Assembly (NCBI GenBank): GCA_013265495.1
Contig: MU058045.1
Location: 133,241 to 197,240 of the forward strand
Direction: 5' to 3'
Source of the DNA: Vicugna vicugna
Lineage: Eukaryota
Length of the DNA: 64,000 nucleotides
The translations under genes and the position numbers were made by a program. The notes below the pieces were generated by a model. It had not been told where the DNA came from, did no database searches, and worked only from the letters and a program-made list of their open reading frames with translations. Positions 29,790 through 42,223 of the stretch are shown piece after piece (the stretch's first letter is position 1; the number at the start of each line of letters is the position of its first letter).

Positions 29790-32700
29790 TCACCAGAGCC
29801 TATGTTGGTGAAGGTTTCGGCTCAGCACAGAACGAACATCAGCGGTGAACCTGGGACGACAATAACTTGCATTGGTAGAGTCCTTAGAGTTGATACACTC
29901 ACAAGACTAGAGTAAGGTAGCCTCACTTAAGAAGTGGGGCAGAAATGATCACCACTTTCACATGAGACGGAGGTTCAGTTTGCCCAAAACCCAGTGGCTA
30001 AAAGTAATAAGCTTTAAGAGGATCTGGGTTCAAATGCTACGTTCTTAAGGGAAAAGAGATAAGTAAAACAGAACAAACGTTTATTCCCTCTTGGGATCTC
30101 CCACCTCCTCCTTTCCTCAGAATCTGTCTAGTTTCTCTTACCTGAGGGCATCCAGCATCGGAAGCAGGTTGAGAAGGGCGGTATCGCTGGGATCACTGAA
30201 CCAGGATTTTATGGGGATGGCATTGTCTAGGGTGGGTGAAAAGGCATGTGAGAACAAAGGATTCAAGAGAGACAGGGTGTTGTTCCTTTTATTTGGGGGT
30301 GGGGATCATTACTTTAAAATATATACCCCCTCAAACTCAGTGACCTAGGTAAAACCTTCGTGATTTATCCTCCAAATTAAATTAAACGTTAATCACTGTA
30401 TCTTATACTAGTGTGAGGCTTCTAGTCAAACTTATTACCATTATGTCTTTCCTGAAGCAAATTTGATATGAGAAATCTGATTTATGAAATGGACCTATTT
30501 GGGGGGGGCATCTCATTTAAAAGAGAAATAGCTTGCATCCTGACCAACTGTAAACGATGGAATCTCAGCTCTAGGTGTTCAGAATACCTCCTCAGAACCA
30601 CTTCCTAGTCCTGCCAGACTCACTACCTTCCCCCGTACCTGGATGGCTCCTGTAAGCTCCCGGGGAGTTATCCAGGATCACAATGCTGGAGAGGTCACTA
30701 TGGACCACAGAGAGGTCCTTGATGTAGCTGCCCAATTCCAAAGTGCAGTGCTGGAAGGCAGGATGAGCTGGGCATCAAAAGGAGACTCGCCCTCTGTGAT
30801 TGCTCCCCCAATCCCAGCAATGCCAATAGGCAGCCAATTCCCACAAAGGGGATTATGCACCACACCCCACCCCCACCCCCAGAGGGTCCCATTCCAGGGC
30901 ATCTGCCTTCAGCTCAGATCCCTCCCTGATGACCTGCCTCCCAAGCCTCACTCTTAGACCTGGACTCTAGCCCCTTACCTGTCTGTAGTATCTCCTCTTG
31001 AGAATACTTCTGCTATTGTCCAGTTTATCTGCCACAGCAGAACCATAAATCTCCATGCTTGCTGTGAACACCACTAGCTCGTACCACTGGCTCACCTGAA
31101 ATAAATTGGAGAAGAGGAAGGTGTCAGAAGAGGTAATCGTTCATTTAGATATATAGTTCCCTTTCCCGAAGACTCCAGTGTAGTCATTTGGGCCTTTCAG
31201 CAACATTGAATGTCTTTGAGGACACAAAATTCTGAATGTCCTCAAACTAAGCATCATACATCAGTAGGAGTAGAGATACAAGAATAAGAGTAGGAAGTCT
31301 GTGGAAGAATAGCATTACATCAGCACAACAAATAGACCCTCATGAAAGCCATTCTCCCACCATCCCACAACCTCTGTCCAAAACTGCCTGTTCCCATTTC
31401 TCCTAATCCCTTACTTCCTCCAAATCCTCTAAGTTCCCAGAACCTTAAAACCATTCCTTCATCACAGACCTCCCTTTAGCTTCTGCAAACTCACCACTTC
31501 CAAGAAGAAATCCACATGGGGCCTCTTATGTACAAAAAACCGGACGGGATGTTTGTCTATCACCACCTGCAGAGGAACAGGGAAGGGCTGGAAGCAGTGC
31601 TGAGCACACAACACAGGCCTAAAGGACCCACCCCACCCCACTCCACCCCCACCACCTGCTTCCCTCCTTCAGGCTGCCACTGGTGCCAGGGGATGGGACA
31701 GGGCCAGGGACCAGATGCTCTGGGATTGGGAAAGAATCTGGGAGAACAACAGACATAACCATTCCATCACTTCCCAGCCCCACACACCTTGAGAATGAAG
31801 TCAGGAGGCGTTCCAGGCCGGACTGTGGGCCTCAGGACCCCATCATGGTGGGAGTGAATAAGTGTCTCATCCAGATCCAGCACTAGGATCTTCCTCTTCA
31901 CCTGGCCTGAACCACAATGGCAAGGGATAACACTAACCAACCTCCAGCCAAGACCTTGAACCCTACCTCACCTAGGTTTCTTCCCAGCCAGCATACTCAC
32001 TTAGCCGATTCCGGGACACAGGAGATAGGGGAAGGATATCATATCGAACAGTTTGGTACTGAATTACCTGGGAATAGCAAGAGAGAGGATCAGAACCCCT
32101 AACAAGGAAATCTTCCCCAGTAACAATAGGTAGCATGTGTTGAATGTCTACCAGATACTGGTCATCGTGTAAGTAACTAATGGTTATTTCATTTAATCAT
32201 CAAAACAACTCTTAACAACAACAACGACAACAACAACAACAACGATAATATCATCTTGGTTTTAGCTATTCATTTATTTTAATGGAGGCACTGGGGATTA
32301 AACCCAGGACCTCGTGCACGCTAGGCACACACTCTCCCACTGAGCTTTACCTTCCCGCCATCTCTGTTTTAAAGATGAAGAAACCAAGGATTAAAAAAAA
32401 AGTATATATACATAATATACATATATTCATGTATGACTGAAGAATTGTGCTGTACACCAGAAATTGACACATTGTAAACTGACTACAATTCAATTAAAAA
32501 AAAAAAGAAACCAAGGCTTGGAGAGATTAAATACCTTGCCTGAGACCACACAGCTAGCAATTATCTTATTTGGTTGTTTGCCCCTTTAATTAGAGTGACG
32601 ATTCCATGAAAGCACGGATTTTGTCTTGATTGTGGCTATGTTCCTAGAACACTGTAGTTAACATTAGAATCAATGAATTGGGGGAACCAGGATTCTACAC

Positions 32701-35037
32701 ATGCAGTCCAACCCAGGAACCTGCCCCCTTAACCATATTATCCTACCACTCGGAACAAAGAAATGCCTGGCCCTCCCAACCTCCACTGCAAGGATTCTTT
32801 GTGACAACTGCCATCACCTCCCATTGGGAGCTGAGAGCCTCAGACTCCTTGGTGGACAGGAGGTTGGAGTCAGGAGGGGAGGTCCTTGGGTCACTAAGGG
32901 TAACAGAGGATGAGGGAATCCAGGGGTTGTCAGGTCAGCTAAGTTCCTCTGGCTGAGGGCCACCAGGCCTATTTTAACCAGCCACCTGTCCATTTCTGTC
33001 TCTACTAGCCAAGTCACAAGTTGCAGAGAACATCAGCCCTCTGAACAGCCTCCGTATCCTGGTACCCAGGGCAAGGCAGAGAACGCTGGAAAGCCCCACT
33101 TGCCAGGCAGACTGATAGGGTATCGAGAAGGACAGAGTGAAGTAAGGGCTGTGAGTGGGAGGTGAGCAAGGGACAAGGACGTCACCACCTTGGCCTTCAG
33201 CTTCTCCAAGCCTTCTCTAGAGGCTCCTGTTTCTAACACTCATACTCTCTCATGCAAACCCTGGCAATTCCCACTTCTGCTCTTTTCTTCTAAGCATAAA
33301 TGCTCTTCCGTCCCTCCCTAGATCCCAAGGCTCACTAGAACAAGGTTCTCCACTTGCAAACCAAAGGGCCCTCTCCCCTAATCCCAAGGCATCTGCTCTT
33401 CTTTTCTTGCGGGGCTGTGATGAGGGCCGCCACAGCTCGGGTGTCCTGCACTGCTATCTTGGGTTGCACATGCTGGGCATGTAGGGAATGCTCTAAGCAT
33501 CTGCCAGAAAGGGGGTGGGGGAGAAACCAGATTGGAAAGGAAGAAAGGAAAGACAAAAGGCTGTGGGGTCAGTGCTGCCCAGAGGAGAGCAATTTTGCAA
33601 GGAACCTGTCTCTGGATGGGCTGGAGCCCAGCCCTGCACCCAGAACAGAAAACTGATATGTTACAGGGAGAAAGGGGGATGCTCCGAGAAAAGCCAGGCA
33701 GAGAGGACAGCAGCTAACATGTTTTCCTTACACACATCTCAGCATCTCAGACCACAGGCTCTTCTTCCCTCCTAACCCTTGTCTCAGGGAAATAGCCCTG
33801 CCTATAACCATGAGCACCCAGAAACAATCCTCACCCTAAATCAGAAAGTGGAAGGAGTGGACTGGTAAAGGAGACACTGAATCCAAGGCCAGGCCCATTC
33901 CCCAAATCAGTGAGTCAACCACCTCTACCACTCAGGGCTTTCTGGAAATTCCTTGACCTAGGCAACCCCTACCTGGCTTTATTCCTTCAAGTTTTATTGA
34001 GGTATGCCAGAATACAGACCGGAGGTCCTCTGTACCCCAGCTCACTGAATCCTCCCCAGACTCCTTCAGAGGATTCTCCCCCATGGTGATGAGAATACAA
34101 GAGCAAGTTTGTTAAATGATGTGAGCCTAAGGAGCTTTGACCTTGGAGAAAAGCTCTGGGGGAGGGAACCCAGAGATACTTAGGTACACTCCCCACAGTA
34201 TCCCTCACAATGCGGGGGTCTCCTGGAGAAACAAGCGTCCCCTCACATTCTGACAAGCATGGTATTCTGTTAAGGACACCCAAACTTTAACGTCCTCCCT
34301 TCTACAACTAAAGATGTCCATCATAAAGGCATCTTCTTTAGTCCCAGAGTCTTAATAAATCCAAATATTCAAACTCACACTATGAAATGAGTTTTCAGGA
34401 TCTTTTTGGAAGAATTCCCTTAATTTGAACTGCAGGGGTTTCTCCTTCACATCCAAGGCTCTTCCCAAATTCCCATGCTTGTTTGTCACATATGCCCTCC
34501 CACCCACACCCACCTTTGGCACATGAACCTTCCTCTCCCTTGTTATAAGAAAACACACACGGAGGTTCCAAATAATAAGAGGGTCTTTCACAAGCCCACA
34601 TCAACAGACATACTGCCATCAAACAGGTGTTCCCCGCCTCTCGGTTTCTTTAGCAACAACTCCAGCTTTCTTAAAGAGCGCCCCACCCACCACCCTAGCC
34701 CCCAAGAGTTGCCAAATCCTGTTCCCGTCTAGCTGCCCCCCCCATCTCGGTTCTACTACAAGGGTCTTCCACCTCCCCATTCCACCCCAGGCCCAGCTAA
34801 GGGCGCTCTAATTCTCTAGCGAGAGAAGCTGCCGCCAGGACTCGGTTCCTAGGCCCAAAGAGAGGCCCTACACTGAAAACCCGTGGGCACCACTGACAGA
34901 GGTCCCCACCACCACCAGCGCCCACCCAGGCTCACCGTGCGGATCTGCCTCCGCAAAAGGTAAATGAAGAAGCTCCAGAGCTTGGCGGCGAAGGCCACGA
35001 ACGTGCGCAGCCCCAGCAGACACTGCGTCCGCATCAT
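29790..35037 (-). CDS. CTDNEP1: CTD nuclear envelope phosphatase 1 (Dullard; 244 aa, 8 exons)
   Basis: Exons 34936-35037, 32001-32067, 31788-31906, 31495-31566, 30979-31095, 30639-30750, 30142-30226, 29790-29850 sum to 735 nt; HAD motif DLDET; ends NLHQHRLW. Confidence 0.98.
32258..32356 (-). mobile_element. tRNA-derived SINE (camelid-type), nested in a MIR
   Basis: Reverse complement gggaaggtaaagctcagtgggagagtgtgtgcctagcgtgcacgaggtcctgggtttaatccccagtgcctccattaaaataaat has A/B boxes and matches the other copies in the window. Confidence 0.85.
32390..32504 (+). mobile_element. 5'-truncated L1 3' end with poly(A) and TSD, inserted in a MIR
   Basis: gctgtacaccagaaattgacacattgtaaactgactacaattcaatt(A)n flanked by AAGAAACCAAGG at 32378-32389 and 32505-32516. 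Confidence 0.8.
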
Positions 35038-35689
35038 CCCGATGACCCCGGCACCGCCGGCCCCGGGGCCCCCGCGGCCCAGCTCCGCCAGCCCCCCGGG
35101 GGGAGCCCCCCGCCACCGGGAGGGGGAACGGGGGCCCCGAGTGGCAGGAGAGGCTGCAGAGAGGGGCACGGAGCGGGCGGCTCAGAAAGCCACCCCCGAC
35201 GAGGGGAAAGCCCAGCGGAATGGGGAGCTGGGGGACAGGCGTGGGCAGCCGGCGGGGGCCCACATGGGAGGGGAGTGGCACCGACGGCGTCGCAGAGGTT
35301 GCAGACCGAGACAGGTCGGGCTACGGAGGGGTCCTCCGAGACCAGGAGAGAAGGGGATGAAGAATTGGGGGAGGGGGCTATGGGGGAGGGGGCTAGGGAG
35401 GAGGGAGGGAGGGAGAAGGAAGGGGGAGGGGAAGGGGGAAGCAGAAGGTGGCCCGCTGCGCAGGCGCGCTAGGGGGCTGCCCGCGGGAAAGGGGCGGGCG
35501 GGGGCAGCTGCGCGCGAAGGACCGCGGTGGCGGTGAATGGCCGGCTGAACGAAGGAGCGGGGAAGGAGGGGAGGGGGAGCCGAAGGGCGTGGATGGCTGG
35601 ACCGGAGCGGCCTCCCCCTCCCCGAAGTCGGGGGAGTGCCTCAGCCGCTCGGGAGCGGAGCTGCAGCCTCTGCAGATGGATTTCCCACT

Positions 35690-36120
35690 CTGACAGGCGC
35701 CATTTTACCGCCCAAAGGGCTCCCTCCTCCTTTCTTTCCCCCTCTTCCCCTCTGACACTATTTCCGGTGGTGACGTGTATTCGCTTCACGCGGACTGCTG
35801 TTCCCCCTACTGGGTCTATGGGGGGTGGGGATAAGAAAAGTGGAGCGTGCTCCGAACAAGGCCCCAGCATCGCGCATGCGCGGAAGGTGATGATGGGGCG
35901 GAGCCCAGGGCGGGAAAAGCCCCGCCTCAAACGGAGTGGGCGGGGCGGGTTGATGTCACATGACCCCGAGGCTCGGGCCGTGGGACGGACTCCCGCGGCC
36001 ACCTCCCCCTCCCACAGACAACTGCCCCAATGGTTCTTCTCGCCCTAGTCACGAAAATGTAGAGACAGGCGTCGTCCCTACGTCTGTGCACCACGGCTCG
36101 GAAGGAGCCAATCCGCATGA
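35690..36120. promoter_or_regulatory. CTDNEP1/ELP5 bidirectional CpG-island promoter
   Basis: YY1 CGCCATTTT 35698-35706, NRF1 GCGCATGCGC 35872-35881, GTCACATGAC 35955-35964, GC boxes, CCAAT at 36026 and 36108; divergent ATGs about 1.2 kb apart. Confidence 0.8.
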
Positions 36121-36231
36121 GTCGCCTTAGGATGGTGAACCTAATCGCCTCTCCAGACTGTCAGGTCTTAGAGGTGGGAGGGATCGTGGGTGCCCCGCCT
36201 CTTTCATTTGGAGGGGGTGGGGCAGTGGGCC

Positions 36232-39200
36232 ATGACGCCATCAGAGGGCGTCGGAAGAGGGGTGGAAAGCGTGTTGGAGATGTTGGAGTCGCTTTTGGCT
36301 CTTGGCGGCATGGTGCTGCTACGGGGTGAGGGTCACAGACACAGGGGCTTTTGAGCGGGACTCAAGGGGCGGAAGTGGAGAAGAAGGGCCGTGGGTTACA
36401 AGCCAGGGGTGGAGGTCACGACCGGTCGGTGAATGTGAAAACCTCAGTGTTCTCAAGCTGTTTATCCGTCTCTCACTCTCCCCAGACTCCGTGGAGTGGG
36501 AGGGGCGCAGTCTCTTGAAGGCGCTTATCAAGAAATCAGCACTGTAGTGAGTATCCCCAGCGTCTCCCAGTTCTCCCAGAGAGGGAGCCTGGGCCCCACT
36601 TTTTGACACTCCCCTTGATCTCTGCCTCAGTGGAGAGCAAGTCCACGTCCTGGGCTGTGAAGTGAGCGAAGAAGAGTTTCGTGAAGGTTTTGACTCCAGT
36701 ATCAACAGTCGGTGAGTACAAATTGGAAGAGATTTAATTGAATTTGGGATCTCTCTTGCTGAGGAACTTCCCTTAACAGCGACAGGCGCAGAACCTGGTA
36801 CGTAGTACCAGCTACTTAAATACTCACTGAATGAATGGATATGGGTCTTTCAGGAGGTGAGAATTAGTAAGAAGAATGATGAAGAGTGGTATCTAGAGAC
36901 TCTGAAGCAAGGGCCATAGAAGATGAGAGGAAAAGAGTAATAAAATACCGACAGTACGGTTTGGCATTAAAGGCTGAACTGAAGGATAAAAATAAACATG
37001 TTCTGCTTTTTGAGTTATTCAGAATCTGGTGATCCAGACATGAATTCCAAACTTGCATGAACACTAACTGCAGGCTACACAGAGACTTGTCCTACAGGCA
37101 GAGGGAGCAGTTTATGCAAAATTGGGGAGGTATGGAAGGCATACTTGCTCATGGGAGATGGAAGAGCTTCTTGAGGTCAGACAGAAAGAGGCACCTGGTA
37201 GTGACAGGTCTTACAGAGCATGAAGAGTAGTTTAGAGATACTCTCCTAAAGGCGGTGGGGAGTCATTTGAAAACTTGGTAGGAAAGTAATAACATCATAC
37301 CTGTTAGAAAGACTTGTCCGGTGACCACATCGTGGAGAATGGGTTGGGAGGCAGTAGCCTGGACATAGACAGACCAGATAGGAAGGCTCTTGCAGTAATC
37401 CAGGTTCACTCGGGGGTGTGTGTACTAGTTGTGAACCAGGAGCTGTGCTAGGCACTGGAGACAGAGCAGTGAATGAAGCAGACATGATTCCTGTTCTGAT
37501 GAATCTGGTAGGTGACAGAGGCCTTGCTTAAGGCAGCGGCAGTAGAAAGGAAAGTTTACAACAAATGTAAAAGGACTTTAGCAGGTGGAATTTCCAGGAT
37601 TTTTAGACTAATGTGGGGTAGAGGAAATCACCCAGATCAGGAAGTTCCTGAACCCACCTATGTTGGCTGGTTAAGAACGATTACCTCCCAGCCTGGGTAG
37701 GTAAGAGGATAATGATAGTTTACATGTCTGTTGAGCCATAATTTTGTATCAGCTACTTTGAGAGAGGTGTTGCTGTATGTTAAGATGGCATTCACAAGAC
37801 AAGCAGAAGCTAGAAAGTAGGTGTCTGGGAACAAGTTTGCCACTGTAAAGCTTTCCCAGGATTTCTGGTCCTTGCCAGTGTCTTCCTGAATTGCCATTTT
37901 ATCTGTAATTAGTACCGCAGGACTTCATTCTGGACCTTCTCTAAGCTGTTCTACAGGCAGGAACCATGTATCAGGCCCTTTCTCTTAATCCATCCAGAGA
38001 ATGACATGCTTGAGGCACCACTTGGGAGATATTTGACAATGATGATAGTTAACGTTTATCAAGCATGTGGTATGTGTCAAGCACTATGCTCAAAATCAAG
38101 AGGTTGGTATTCTTATTTTACAAATGAAGAAACCAAGTCTCAAAGAGATGAAAGCAGTGTATCAGTTAGGTGACCTTGAGTAAGTAGCAAAACCAAGCTT
38201 GGCACTTGGGGCTGTTTGACACCAAAGTCTGTGCTCTTAATCACTATATTCTACCTTTCAGTAAAAACCTCAGGGGGGGTGTGGCTAAGTAAACCTAATT
38301 ACTGCCCACCCACCCCCACCCCTGAAAAATAAATAAATAGAAACTTCTCACTAATATATAGAATATTGGTGAAAATCAAGAAAACAGCCACAAAGATCGA
38401 AAGATCAGAAGCTGAAGTTCAAGACTGGGGGCTGTGGAGGGCAATCTAATGACGCTTCTTATTTTGCTTCTGCAGGCTGGTTTACCATGACCTCTTTAGA
38501 GACCCTCTTAACTGGTCGAAGACTGGGGAAGCCCTTCCTGGGGGCCCCCTGGAAGCCTTGAGAGCCCTGTGCGGGAGGACAGATCCTGGCCCTATCACCG
38601 TTGCTCTTGATTCCCTCAGCTGGCTGCTGCTTCACCTTCCCTGCACCACACTCTGCCAGGCTCTGCATGCTCTGAGCCGGCAGGACCCCTGCCCTGGTGA
38701 GGCTCCTCCTTTGTTACTTCCCTTCATACATTTTCCCGGCCAAGGAATGTGCCCCTTTCTCCCTAAGACAAAACTTATCAGGGATCTCCATTCAGGCCCT
38801 CTTCCATCTCTTTAACCTTTATTCTAATTCTTGATTTCTCCATAATACTATCTACCAGTCACTCTTTTCTTCTTTTCCAAGTTCTTTTTTACTCATTCAT
38901 TTCATTCATTCAGTCAACAAACATTAAATACCTATAGTGTGTCAATTTGAGATAATGAGAAAAGGCAGGCTAACTGTAGTCAGGTCCTTGCCTTCCAGGA
39001 GCTCAAAGTCCTATGAAGGGTACAGATAAGTAAACAAGTATTTAAAAGATAGTCTGATAAGGACCATGGTGATAAAGGAATATGCACTGAGTACCTTAAG
39101 GAAGGAATGTCTTGAAGAGCAAGGGGTCAGCCAGGCCAATTTGTCCAGCCGGGGGCACGGGGACTAGCCCTAAAGTACGGTGGGTACTGGAATGGGCTCT

Positions 39201-41506
39201 ACAGTCTGACACCCAGCTTTGTGTAAAAGTGCTTGGCCTTTCAGTGCTTCAGTTTTCTCTGTAGAAGTCGGGAGAGATGGGGAGTTTATAGTGTTAGAAT
39301 GAACCACTTGGAATTGCTGTTTTTGTGGGTCAGATATGATCAAATGTCAGCAATTTCATAGGGTTCAACTAAAAATGCAAGTATTTAGTGCAGAGCCTGA
39401 CACTGTAAATGTGACTAAAAAGGGAGGGAAGAAGAAAGGGAATCCGAGGCACTGACTGGTATCTTGGCAGGGTCCAAACACTGCAGGTGGTACAGTGTGT
39501 AAAAGATGAGGGTGGAAAGTAGAGATGCTGAAAGTGTGAGTTTCACCCTGGAGGCTTTGAGTTGCTCCTGAGGAATGAGGTCAGAGCAGTGCCTTGATTT
39601 GACACACGTTGGAATAAGAAAGTGTATCAAAGGTAAAGGCTGAAAGAGGCTCAGAGCAGGGCAGTGAAACTGGCCCCAGTCAGTCAGGATCATGGCAGAG
39701 CTCTGATTGAATGTAGGCCTCTCCTTCCTTTTTCCCTCTTCACTATTTTATTCCAGGCCTCCACCCTGAGTATGCCATGCTGCCCTCTATGCACTACATT
39801 TCTTGTCCCTCCCCAGGAAAGCAGGTGCGTGTGCTGGGCCTGCTTCATGAAGAGCTTCATGGCCCAGGCCCTGTGAGAACGTTGAGCAGCCTTGCTCAGG
39901 CCGAGGTGACCCTGAGCGGGGCGATGGGCCAGGCCTCAGCCCACATCCTCTATCGAAGGCCCCGACAGCACCCGACCCACCAGGTCAGGAGCAGCAGGGG
40001 AGGACTGGAGGCTGGGGTCAGAGAAAGAGCGGTAAAATAGCTGATGTGATTGAGCACTTCCCTGGGCTTTCTTTCCTGCTTTAATGTCCACAGCTGCCCT
40101 GAGAGGTCGATTATTTTCTTATCCCTATTTTGTAGCCTGGGAAACTTGGATTCTGTGAGCTTAACCAATGAAAGACATTGCCTTCCAGGAAACGGAAGAG
40201 AAGAAAAGGCTGGGAGTGGTTCCTGGGGTGGGCGTGGGGGATGAGGAACAAGTCACTGTGGAGCGGTTTGGAGGTGTGAAAAGCAAGAGCCAGAAACAGC
40301 TGGTTACATAGGTGGTGGGGAGCTGGGGTGGCAAGTCCTGGTTCTTTCTGGTTTGCTCGGTAAGGTGGAAAAAACTTTAATACTTTTCTTTCTTCTCCCC
40401 AGACTCAGTGGTTCTCCATCCTTCCTGACTTCAGCCTGGATCTCCAAGGGGGTCCCCTGCTAGAGCCCCAGCCCCAACCAGATCCTCACACACCCCCGGT
40501 ATCTAAGAGAGCCAAGCCAGAACAAGGGAATGGAGTTTGGGGTCTGGAAAAAGGAGAAAAGAGGATAAAAACTGCAGAGATGGGGTGGGGGGGCAGTCAA
40601 GGATTCCAGCTACATGGCAGAGTGGTAGCAAACTTTGTTTCTACAGGTGGACCCCACAAATCATTTGACTTTCAATCTTCGCCTGTCCAAGAAAGAGAGA
40701 GAAGCCAAAGATAGCCTGGCCCTGCCCTTCCAGTTCAGCTCGGAAAAGTAAGGTTGGGACCTTGGTGCCTGGGTCCCGAGTTGAGGCCAACAACTGGCCT
40801 GAGAGGTGGGGCCATAGCAGGTTGTTGATTAACCTCTCAGACTTTTATAGAGACTGAAGTCCACCTCCAGAGACAAGTCTGGGGAGTGGTTCTCTACCCA
40901 CCCAAACCCCAGCAATGGCAAAGGGCCTTTATGTTTCCTTTCTCTCCATTAGAGCCTTGGGTCCCAGCTCCACAGTTGTCCCCAGAGTAATCAGGGCCTG
41001 GGCTGAACCAGAACAGACCCTGGGGCAGTGGCCCTATGTCCAGGCAGTGGTGCCAGGAGCACAGGAAGCCGGATGGGTATGGCAGGGGCGGGTTAATAAG
41101 GGCTTAGTAGATACCTGTTCTGTGCCCAGTGTGTGGGCGGGTGAAGCAAGACTACTGCACAATCCTTGCCCTCAAGCTGCTAAGAACTTAGGGTGTTATT
41201 AGGAGAGCCATGTAAGAGTATCTGTTTCTGTACCAAGTGTTGCTTCAGTGCTAACTGAACAAGGTCAGACAAAGGCACGGAGACCAAGAAAACATGGAGG
41301 CTAAAGAGGGAGTCAAAGTCATGAGGAAAGGGGACATGAACTGTTACCCACCCTTACCGGCACCACCAATTCTCCCCTTCTCTCTCCTCAGACAGCAGGC
41401 TCTACTGCGCCCTGGGCCAGGCCAGGCTACCAGCCACATCTTCTATGAGCCGGACACTTATGATGACTTGGACCAAGAAGACCCAGATGATGACCTAGAT
41501 GTTTGA
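36232..41506 (+). CDS. ELP5: Elongator complex protein 5 (311 aa from ATG 36232; 295 aa from ATG 36280; 8 exons)
   Basis: Exons 36232-36325, 36486-36546, 36631-36711, 38476-38696, 39817-39983, 40403-40498, 40647-40747, 41392-41506 sum to 936 nt; C-terminus IFYEPDTYDDLDQEDPDDDLDV. Confidence 0.94.
38273..38339 (+). mobile_element. Internally deleted tRNA-derived SINE
   Basis: gggggggtgtggctaagt joined directly to the family tail aaacctaattac...aaaaataaataaata. Confidence 0.55.
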
Positions 41507-41746
41507 CTGGCCAGGACATTTGACCAGACTGTAATTGGAAAGGGAAGAGGGAAACCTTGGGCCCATAACCATCCTTCCATTGTTTGCATTGGCCTTACCC
41601 TGTCTGTCCCCCATCTGTGTTCCCTATGTCTATGGAGGCCCTGCCCTGTGACCCATGAGCCTGGGAACAGCTTCCAATGAGGACAGAAAGTGGGATGGGG
41701 GCATAAGGGAAGGTGAGGGACTAGGAACACCACCACCCCTAAGCCT

Positions 41747-41762
41747 AATAAAAATCTTTATT
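41747..41762. terminator. Back-to-back poly(A) signals: AATAAA (+, ELP5) and AATAAA (-, possible distal CLDN7 site)
   Basis: AATAAAAATCTTTATT. Confidence 0.7.
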
Positions 41763-42023
41763 TTTTTAATTAAAAACAAAAACTGTTCGGTAGCTAAGCA
41801 AGAGCTTAGAGCCAGAGTCTTTCAGGGTCAAAGGTCAAAATGCTGGGGTCTGAGTGACTGAAATGGTGGGGCTGGGACAGCCTTGCACACCATTGGTGCT
41901 CACTAAGTGTTTTTTTAACTGAACTAGTTGCACTTTAGGTTCTAGGCTCCCTGCAAGGATCTGGGTTGGGAGAAAGCAGATGCCCTGAAGGGGGAAAAAA
42001 AAGCCTACTTTCCAAAACATACT

Positions 42024-42029
42024 TTTATT
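42024..42029 (-). terminator. CLDN7 proximal polyadenylation signal AATAAA
   Basis: TTTATT about 195 nt past the stop, with TGTA just upstream on the transcript. Confidence 0.75.
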
Positions 42030-42223
42030 ACTGTACAAAAAGCACATCCTCCCCATTTTGTCTCCCCCACCCAACCCCCCAGGGAACTGTACATGGTGTG
42101 CTGGGCTGGAGTGACCGCAGGCTTCTGCTCCGCGCCCTGCCCATGGGCTGAGCTCTCTGCCCCAGTTCCTTCTAGATGTCTGGGCACGCCTATAGGCTGC
42201 CAGGCTGGGGCAAGGCGTCCAGC

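Noticed and set aside
33336..33500. 165-nt pseudo-exon (AG...GTGAGC) in CTDNEP1 intron 1
   Set aside because: Weak exonic donor context and an internal stop; such pseudo-exons arise often by chance and nothing else supports it.
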